The notes under the pieces were generated by a model. It worked only from the letters and a program-made list of their open reading frames with translations, searched no databases and was not told the DNA's origin. A DNA stretch of 64,000 nucleotides from Glaucostegus cemiculus (Eukaryota): NCBI GenBank assembly GCA_976551045.1, contig CDPCPM010000281.1, positions 2,976,001 through 3,040,000 of the forward strand, written 5' to 3'. Shown here in pieces: positions 60,201 to 64,000 of the stretch; the first letter of the stretch is position 1, and every line of letters begins with the position of its first letter. The translations under genes and the position numbers were made by a program.

Positions 60201-63200
60201 CCCAGGGAAAAGGACACCTTAAAATAATGTTTGACTTAGAAAAGTGCTGTGTGATGCATATGATTTGGTCAAATGCTGAACCTCTGAATTCTAATTCATA
60301 AATATGTAAAGTTAGTAACCAATGCCATAACAAGAGCAAAGAGAATGTACATATAGGTCAAAAGAATATTTTTAAAAATCTGTTTTTTTTAAATATACAG
60401 AACTTTAAAATGGCCCGAGTTAAAATCTGTGTACAAGCTTGGTTTCTGCATTTGATGAGTGGCATTGAGACTTTGGAAAGGACGTTAAGGATCGCCACAA
60501 AGTGAGAGCAGAACACTGAAGCATCTGGGAATCTGAACTAAAATAGAAAATGCCAAAAATACTCAGTAGATCAGCTAGCATCAGAGTTAGCATTTGGGGA
60601 CCAAAAATGTTAACACTGGCTCTTTCTCCACATATGCTGCCAGACTTGCTGAGCATAGTTGTCGTTTTCTGTTTTACTACAAAGTTGAAGCATCTTAGGT
60701 ACATTGATATACTTAAAAAAACAGTTTTGAAGATAATTTTATCAAGACGATAATGGCAGCAGACTACTTATGTAGATGCTTTCTTTTAACAAGGTAAGCT
60801 AAGGAGAATTAGGAGTCATCCTCAAGTTCTGAGGCACCCAGACTAGTTTTAATAATCAACAGGACATCATTAGGTAATTTTTCCTGATTCCTGTGCCTAA
60901 ATTACCTGTTTCCCCCTTTCAACGTGACAAACAATGAACCCTACAGAATAGTGCACAGTCATAGTGACAGAAGTGCTTCCCCCCACAATCATATCAACCT
61001 TTTAGCCCCTTCTAAAACCAATGAAAAAGTAGAAATACCGATGTTTAAGTAAACAATGTATATCCGAGTAGAAGTGAAGAGGAAAAGTTATGACATACTT
61101 TATCTTTGCACTGATAATAAACTAGTGTTGTAATTTAAGGATCAACTTGATGCCAGAACAAAGTAAAATGAGATTTCCTGAAATGTGGTGTCATTCCACT
61201 TTGGTTTCCACTGCAAAAAAAATCCAGAGCAGGGTGACAGGGAGCAGAGCAGTGTAGCAGGTAGTGCTGATGTTCAACAGCATCAGCAATCCTAACTCAG
61301 AGCGGTGTCTGTGTGCAGTTTGTATGTTCTCCCTGTGACTGCATGGGTTTCCCCCATACGCTCCGTATTCCTCCTACATACCAAGAATGTGCTGGTGGGT
61401 CACTTGGTTATTGTAAATTGCCCCTGGTATAGGTAGGTGATCTACCCATGGAAAATCAGGGTGGAGATGATGGGCATGAGAGAAACAATAGATTACAGGA
61501 AAATAAGGAATGGGATTTCTCCAAAAACTGGCATAGACTCGATGGACTGAATGGCCTCCCTCTGATCACAAGGAGATATGAAACATGAAGTATATAGTAG
61601 GAAGAGATGTCAAAATTCAAATCTTATTGGAAAGGCACCAAGGAATATTTGAATAGGTGATTCAAATAGGCCTAAAATTTTCTACTGTTATGTCAGAAGG
61701 ATTCAGAAAGCCGACCAACTTTTATATCCAGTTAGACTCAATTTAAAAGCAAGTTTTCTTGCTATCTGCTTCAGAACTGTTCACCAATCCTAGAATCGTT
61801 AGGTTATTTAGTATCCACTTTTGACTGATAATGCTACTGTGAAATACCATGATATTTGTTTAAACCAGTCAAAGGCATAAATAATTACGTTGTTATTGTA
61901 AACACTGAAATGAAACAGGGAGGGCAGGCATGTGAGGCTGCAGTCGCTGAAATCAGAGCAACAATCTGCTGGAGGAATTCAGCAAGTGGAGCAGCATCTG
62001 TGGGAGAAAAGGAACTGTCAACATTTCAGGTCAATTGCATGGGCAGGTTGGGTGAGTGATAGATCATCAATTCAAAATACTAATTGTTTCGATCTTCTTA
62101 AATGCCTGTTGAATGTGTCTAACATTCTCTCTTACTTCACGTTTCCAGCAGTTGATGTAATTTTGTACGCTAAAAACCCCTTCTATATATTTTACTGCTC
62201 ATATTTGGATCTGGTTCTTTTGATAGGTGGGATTACTCCACAGTTCTAGCCAAGCAATATAAATGCTGGGTGGAAACCAGCAGCAACATTATAAAGCAAC
62301 ACACAAAAAGCTGGAGGAGCACAGCAGGTCAGCCAGCATCTATAGAAGGAAATGGCCAGTCCATAAATGCTGGTGCAACGTATAAAGCACTGGAGGAACT
62401 CGGTAGGTCAGGCAGAATGTACAGAAGGAAATGTTCAGTCAACGTTTCTGGTGGAGACCCTTCAACTGGGCTGCCTCAACCCTAAACATCGAGTGTCCAT
62501 TTCCCTCCGTGGGTGCTGCCTCACCCGCTGAGTTCCTCCAGAATTTTGCGTGTTGCTCCAGGTTCCAGCATCTGCAGTCTCTTGCATCTCTGGGAGTCCA
62601 TTAATGCTACCTGACCTGCTGAGTTCCTCCAGCTTTTCTGTACGTCACTCCAGATTCAAACATCTGCAGTCTCTTGTGTCAGCAACCTTACAAATGCAAG
62701 ATCAAGTGCGGATGCTAAATAATGTAATGATTTTAGGATTGGCTGAACAGCTCTGAAGCAGATAGCAAGAAAGCTCACTTTTAAATTGAGTTTAACTGGA
62801 TATAAAAGTTGGTCAGTTTTCTGATTTCTTCTGACATAACAGTAGAAAGTTTTAGGTCTATATGAATTATTCACATGTTCCTCTGATGCCTTTCTATTAA
62901 GAACTGAATTTTGACATCCATTCACACTATGTAATTATGCTTCATTTCTCCTTGTGATCAGAGGGACGCCGTTCAAAAATCTGTCCACAGGATTCCAGCA
63001 GGTTCTGGAGAATAAACGCCCTGGGTTGTAACCACCAGAAGGGGACGAGCGGTGACTGGGAGGGAGCGGCCCCGCACACCCGGGCTCCAGCCGCCCGGAC
63101 ACGGCGCCACGCCGCCGGGGACCGGGACCCCCGTCAACAGGCCCTCGCACGCCGCCCGCCCCTGCAGCCCCCGGAGCCTCAGCCACGGCCCCCGCTACCT

Positions 63201-63283
63201 TCATCCTCCTCGTCCTCCGGATCTTTAAAAGTCGGCAAAGGGTTTAACAACTCCTCCAGCTGCTGCGCGATGGAGGCCGCCAT
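12141..63283 (-). CDS. AATF: AATF (apoptosis antagonizing transcription factor / Che-1 / Traube; Bfr2 homologue), spliced CDS exons 1-11, 3'-incomplete
   Basis: Eleven exons (85+183+318+138+115+190+165+84+68+81+72 = 1499 nt) join in frame with matching phases. Recognisable AATF segments include [81 protein letters not shown] and KLVSFMAP. Confidence 0.97.
13290..13553 (-). mobile_element. V-SINE/HE1-like tRNA-derived SINE with LINE-derived tail
   Basis: Reverse complement of the V-domain core TTCTCCCCATGTCTGCGTGGGTTTCCTCTAGGTGCTTTGGTTTCCTCCCACA, with a B-box-like GGATTCAATTCC. Confidence 0.8.
13963..14043 (-). CDS. AATF: AATF exon 10 ([27 protein letters not shown]), GC donor
   Basis: Acceptor TTTATATAG and donor AG|GCAAGT (non-canonical GC). 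81 nt, phase 2-2. Confidence 0.94.
16062..16129 (-). CDS. AATF: AATF exon 9 ([23 protein letters not shown])
   Basis: Acceptor TTTTTGTGCAG and donor CG|GTAAGT. 68 nt, phase 0-2. Translated by hand. Confidence 0.96.
19700..20110 (+). mobile_element. Decayed CR1-type LINE 3' end
   Basis: Contains TTCTTTATGCAAAAGGTTGTAGATCTGTACAATTCCCT and the tail GATCAGCCATGGCCTTACTGAATAG...CCTACTTCTGCT, shared with the copies ending near 35090, 41500 and 50180. Confidence 0.7.
21246..21329 (-). CDS. AATF: AATF exon 8 ([28 protein letters not shown])
   Basis: Acceptor TTTTTCTGTGCAG and donor CAG|GTGAGT. 84 nt, phase 0-0. Start of the TRAUB C-terminal domain. Confidence 0.96.
21465..21612 (-). mobile_element. 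CR1/HER1-type 3' tail fragment
   Basis: TACAGCACAGAAACAGGCCC...CTAATCCCATTT, same family as 1848 and 25075. Confidence 0.7.
22570..22672 (+). mobile_element. Penelope-like terminal (pLTR) repeat with hammerhead-like core
   Basis: CTGATGA-A-AGGTC-ATA-GACCT-GAAAC followed by GATGCCTGACCTGCTGAG, the repeat unit that recurs across the window. Confidence 0.65.
23387..23551 (-). CDS. AATF: AATF exon 7 ([32 protein letters not shown]...ESVPGEM)
   Basis: Acceptor CTCATTCCAG and donor ATG|GTATGT. 165 nt, phase 0-0. Confidence 0.95.
24487..24676 (-). CDS. AATF: AATF exon 6 (SDEIPSDDE...[46 protein letters not shown])
   Basis: Acceptor TTTGTTTCTAG and donor AAG|GTGAGT. 190 nt, phase 2-0. Lies inside ORF 24478..24807. 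Confidence 0.96.
25075..25220 (+). mobile_element. CR1/HER1-type 3' tail fragment
   Basis: GCTGAAGGGCCTGTTTCTATGCTGTACGA tail. Confidence 0.7.
25684..25798 (-). CDS. AATF: AATF exon 5 ([38 protein letters not shown])
   Basis: Acceptor TTTTCTCCTTAG and donor AG|GTAAG. 115 nt, phase 1-2. Leucine-zipper-like segment. Not in the ORF track; translated by hand. Confidence 0.95.
26465..26775 (+). mobile_element. tRNA-derived SINE with LINE-shared 3' tail (copy 1)
   Basis: B-box-like AGTTCAAATCC. Internal TGTGTGACTCCAGACC is shared with 28516-28532. The 3' end GCAATTAAAAGGTGGACGATAAATGCT resembles the LINE tail near 29519. Confidence 0.65.
28290..28580 (+). mobile_element. Same SINE family (copy 2)
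   Basis: Collinear with 26465-26775 (CCAGAG, CTGGAATATA, CCATCCTTA, TGTGTGACTCCAGACC). Confidence 0.6.
29060..29580 (+). mobile_element. Decayed CR1/L2-group LINE 3' end
   Basis: Ends with CATGGACTGTAGTGAACGAAGGAGGCAGCTCATCAC...AGGGCAATTGGAGATAGGCAATTAATGCTGGC, a tail I recall from chondrichthyan LINEs. Confidence 0.55.
31060..32850 (-). mobile_element. Decayed CR1-type LINE interrupted by a V-SINE
   Basis: Tail CATAAGAACATGAAGCAAAAACAGAAGTAGTCCATT at the left end. GACCTGGACACAACATTCCA is the reverse complement of the LEYCVQ.W region. Further RT remnants run to about 32850. Confidence 0.7.
31672..31910 (+). mobile_element. V-SINE/HE1-like SINE (5'-truncated) nested in CR1
   Basis: TGCTCCAGTTTCCTCCCACCTCCAAGGACGTGCAGGTTG...TAATTGCCCACTGCAAATTACCCCTGGTG core. 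Confidence 0.75.
33440..35095 (+). mobile_element. Decayed CR1-type LINE (RT to 3' tail) interrupted by a SINE
   Basis: TTTTCAAAATATTTTTGATAAGTTCCACAT (FQK.FDK.PH-like), CTGGAGTTTAGAAGAATGAGAGAAGATCTTATC (LEFRRMR.DLI) and the 3' tail near 35090. Confidence 0.8.
33800..34132 (-). mobile_element. V-SINE/HE1-like SINE nested in CR1
   Basis: GGTGGGAGGAAATCAAAGCGACTGGAGG...CATAGGGAGAACATACAAACTC...CTGGAGCTGTGAGGCAGCAGCACT. CR1 sequence resumes on both sides. Confidence 0.75.
36440..36607. mobile_element. Fold-back Penelope-type terminal repeat (60-bp inverted arms)
   Basis: 36481-36540 and 36548-36607 are near-perfect reverse complements around a 7-nt loop. Confidence 0.8.
36785..37285 (+). mobile_element. 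Relatively young 5'-truncated CR1/HER1 LINE
   Basis: ORF 36856..37152 reads [29 protein letters not shown]...LFPR...TRGHGFK, the classic CR1 ORF2 C-terminus. The tail is TGTGCTGTATTGTTCTATGGTTC. Confidence 0.92.
38125..38160. repeat. 19-bp-period tandem duplication
   Basis: ATGAACACCAGAATCCC occurs twice. Confidence 0.85.
41190..41500 (+). mobile_element. CR1-type LINE 3' fragment
   Basis: AAATTCTTAAGGGGCTTGACAG...GATGTTTTCCCTGG...GGTCATAGTCTCAAAGTAAGGGG and tail GATCAGCCATAATCACACTGAATAG. Confidence 0.75.
42185..42905 (-). mobile_element. Decayed CR1-type LINE 3' fragment
   Basis: GCCTGCTTCACCATTCACCAGAATCATGCCTGA is the reverse complement of the shared CR1 tail, followed by ORF2 remnants. 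Confidence 0.65.
42950..43090 (+). mobile_element. Deu-domain SINE fragment (SacSINE1/AmnSINE-like)
   Basis: CTATTTGAAGAGCAAAGGAGTTCT...AATATTTATCTCGCAGTAACATCACTAAAA resembles the Deu-domain consensus as I recall it and is collinear with 59010-59100. Confidence 0.5.
44050..44345 (-). mobile_element. V-SINE/HE1-like SINE
   Basis: AGAAACCCATGGAGTCATAGGGAGAATGTACAAACTCCACACA...AGGTCAGGATCAAACCAGTGTCCCTGGAGCTG. Confidence 0.75.
44800..45205 (+). mobile_element. Decayed CR1-type fragment abutting a Rex/Babar fragment
   Basis: GGTACAGAGGAGGTTTATCAGGATATTTCCTGG (VQRRF.R) and CTTTTTATCCAAAGGTTGGTTGGGGTCTGGAA remnants. Confidence 0.6.
45210..45758 (+). mobile_element. Rex1/Babar-type non-LTR retrotransposon 3' fragment
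   Basis: Hand translation gives [13 protein letters not shown]...RLQRIVNSA and [15 protein letters not shown]...[10 protein letters not shown], typical of the Rex/Babar ORF end. The tail is TGACAATAAAATCAACTTTGACTTT. Confidence 0.8.
48021..48158 (-). CDS. AATF: AATF exon 4 ([27 protein letters not shown]...SALKD)
   Basis: Acceptor CTCTTTTAAAG and donor A|GTAAGT. 138 nt, phase 1-1. Start of the AATF/Che-1 domain. Confidence 0.96.
49165..50180 (+). mobile_element. Decayed CR1-type LINE 3' portion split by a MITE
   Basis: GCAATTAGAAAGGCAAACGGTATG (AIRKANGM), CAACTAGAATATT (QLEY), CTCATTGAAACATACAAAATTCTT (LIETYKIL) and the 3' tail. Confidence 0.8.
49229..49551. mobile_element. Tc1/mariner (Tigger-like) non-autonomous MITE, 323 bp, TA target-site duplication
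   Basis: TA|CAGGGGCTCCCCAGGTTACG ... TGTTACCCAGAGGCTGCCTG|TA: imperfect terminal inverted repeats flanked by TA on both sides. Confidence 0.75.
51480..51890 (-). mobile_element. Decayed LINE RT fragment (CR1/L2 group)
   Basis: TTGTGTGGTGCAAATGTTACTTT...GAATGTTGTCTAGGCCTCACTGCAT is the reverse complement of a 'Q.DL.NI..W...VTFAP.K'-like RT region. Confidence 0.55.
52901..53218 (-). CDS. AATF: AATF exon 3 (acidic region; ...[23 protein letters not shown])
   Basis: Acceptor TTGTTAG and donor G|GTATG. 318 nt, phase 1-1. Lies inside ORF 52863..53225. Confidence 0.92.
54310..54492 (-). CDS. AATF: AATF exon 2 ([15 protein letters not shown]...[19 protein letters not shown]...SDAS)
   Basis: Polypyrimidine acceptor TTCTCTTTCCTTTGCAG and donor G|GTAGG. 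183 nt, phase 1-1. Lies inside ORF 54281..54562. Confidence 0.95.
54785..56560 (-). mobile_element. Fragmented Penelope-like element with terminal repeats
   Basis: ORF 55249..55482 contains [15 protein letters not shown], resembling the C-terminus of the Penelope GIY-YIG endonuclease. GCTGCCTGACCTGCTGA-type terminal units occur at about 54795, 54920 and 55830. Confidence 0.7.
56565..56905 (+). mobile_element. Rex/Babar-type 3' end
   Basis: AGATACAGGAGCTG...ACCAGATTCAAGAACTGCTTCTTCC (RYRS...TRFKN.FF) and tail GTATGACAATAACTAATCTAATCT. Confidence 0.7.
58895..59235 (+). mobile_element. Old Deu-domain SINE (SacSINE1/AmnSINE-like)
   Basis: Collinear remnants GGGACATTAAGCC, CCCTCTCAG, TAGAAGAAAAGC, CTCAACCAAAACAG, ATTACAACA and ATTGG match the Deu-SINE layout as I recall it. 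Highly diverged. Confidence 0.5.
59529..59585. repeat. 33-bp-period tandem duplication
   Basis: CTTTCACATACAATGAATATCTAA occurs twice. Confidence 0.85.
59765..60090 (-). mobile_element. CR1-type LINE 3' fragment
   Basis: AGCCTGCCCCACCATTCAATATGATCATGGCTGATCT is the reverse complement of the shared CR1 tail. Confidence 0.75.
60515..60675. mobile_element. Decayed fold-back Penelope-type terminal repeat
   Basis: AATACTCAGTAGATCAGCTAGCATC followed by the inverted ATGCTGCCAGACTTGCTGAGCAT. Confidence 0.6.
61245..61565 (+). mobile_element. V-SINE/HE1-like SINE
   Basis: TGTCTGTGTGCAGTTTGTATGTTCTCCCTGTGACTGCATGGGTTTCCCC...GTAAATTGCCCCT core and CR1-type tail GATGGACTGAATGGCCTCC. Confidence 0.8.
61935..62680. 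mobile_element. Cluster of five Penelope-type terminal repeat units (three forward, two reverse)
   Basis: CTGGAGGAA/GC...AGGTCAG.CAG-type units at about 61970, 62310 and 62390. Inverted CTGAGTTCCTCCAG...CATCTGCAGTCTCTTG units at about 62528 and 62618. Confidence 0.75.
63199..63283 (-). CDS. AATF: AATF coding exon 1 ([28 protein letters not shown], ends phase 1)
   Basis: ATG at 63283-63281 in strong Kozak context (AAGATGG). Donor G|GTAGC. The peptide resembles the vertebrate AATF N-terminus. Too short for the ORF track. Confidence 0.93.
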
Positions 63284-63286
63284 CTT
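63275..63286 (-). promoter_or_regulatory. YY1-type motif (AAGATGGCGGCC) overlapping the start codon
   Basis: Exact match to the YY1 consensus AAGATGGCGGC, which often overlaps the ATG of housekeeping genes. Confidence 0.6.
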
Positions 63287-63347
63287 CCTCCTGCCTGCAG
63301 CCCGAATGGAGCCTATTCTGGATGACACACATCCGATTGCAGAGACG

Positions 63348-63355
63348 ACTTCCGG
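63348..63355 (-). promoter_or_regulatory. ETS/GABPA-type motif CCGGAAGT
   Basis: ACTTCCGG on the + strand, 65 bp upstream of the ATG, next to short CTCCGG repeats. Typical of TATA-less housekeeping promoters. Confidence 0.6.
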
Positions 63356-63366
63356 CTCCGGCTCCG

Positions 63367-63369
<3 letters not shown>

Positions 63370-63422
<53 letters not shown>
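63370..63422. repeat. Compound microsatellite (CT)n(CA)n
   Basis: Directly visible dinucleotide runs. Confidence 0.97.
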
Positions 63423-64000
63423 CTCACATTTCTCTTACGACCCTCAACTTGCTTAAGATACCACTTATCACAGTAATCTTTTGGGGGATATCCTTCCCTA
63501 TAATTTTATGAACAAGAAACTGCATAAATATGATAATAATGTTAGCAACGTTATGAATCAAAGTAACGCAGCCTTAAAAAGGCAAATAATATTTATTTCT
63601 CTCATACAGCAAGTGAAATCTCTTTAGAATTCTTATAAAATTGGTCGGCAAGTATTTCGTCTTTATTCCTTTAATCTCATGGGTCTCAAGGCTTAAAATT
63701 TCCCAAGTGTTGAGGCTTTTAGCGTATTAGCAACAAAGTAGAATGTATTAATATTCAGTTGCTGCTCAGCTGCAAGAGTTATGACAGTGAAAATATTAGC
63801 CACTATTATTTCAATATATCCATATGATGAATATAGTGAGAGCGAAACATACAATACTGTAGCAGTGACTCTCGTTATTATCCACCAAAGCGTCTTATAT
63901 ATGAATCCTCTGATAACATGATTATATTACCATATTAAAATATTCATAATGGGTGAATAAATATGATTGAAAATTTATTGCCGCATCTTTCAACGTTATG

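Larger units (their letters stand above)
62960..63370. promoter_or_regulatory. CpG island / AATF promoter and first-exon region
   Basis: The only GC- and CpG-rich stretch in an otherwise CpG-depleted window. It spans exon 1 and the start of intron 1. Confidence 0.85.

Noticed and set aside
61935-62680. Repeated units resembling a CRISPR-like array
   Set aside because: The DNA is eukaryotic, units occur in both orientations with irregular spacing, and they match a dispersed Penelope-type repeat. There are no cas genes.
62935-63204. GC-rich 89-aa minus-strand ORF ([12 protein letters not shown]...)
   Set aside because: It is CpG-island sequence of intron 1 read through the exon-1 donor. Stops are rare in GC-rich DNA.
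1-64000. A novel multi-gene or defence-type system
   Set aside because: All convincing coding sequence is explained by AATF exons and transposon relics. The remaining ORFs are short and featureless.

Overview
This is eukaryotic vertebrate genomic DNA, not prokaryotic. It is AT-rich, and its repeats (CR1/HER1-type LINEs, V-SINE/HE1-like and Deu-domain SINEs, Penelope-type termini, Rex/Babar fragments) suggest a cartilaginous fish (inference). Almost the whole window is one minus-strand gene, AATF (Che-1/Traube/Bfr2 homologue). I reconstructed 11 coding exons by hand, from the ATG at 63283 to the exon-11 donor at 12141. They total 1499 nt with consistent splice phases and no stops. The last coding exon was not found and probably lies left of position 1. 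Intron 10 uses a non-canonical GC donor. A CpG island with YY1 and ETS motifs and a (CT)n(CA)n microsatellite marks the promoter. The introns contain many decayed and nested transposons, plus repeat-free blocks rich in homeodomain motifs. These blocks are candidate conserved enhancers of the expected neighbour LHX1. I found no convincing novel multi-gene system. The best leads are the GC-AG intron, the putative LHX1 regulatory block, hammerhead-ribozyme-like cores in Penelope termini, fold-back repeats in the pre-mRNA, an overlapping uORF and a MITE nested in a CR1. Repeat family names come from my recall of consensus sequences, not from a database search, and repeat boundaries are approximate.
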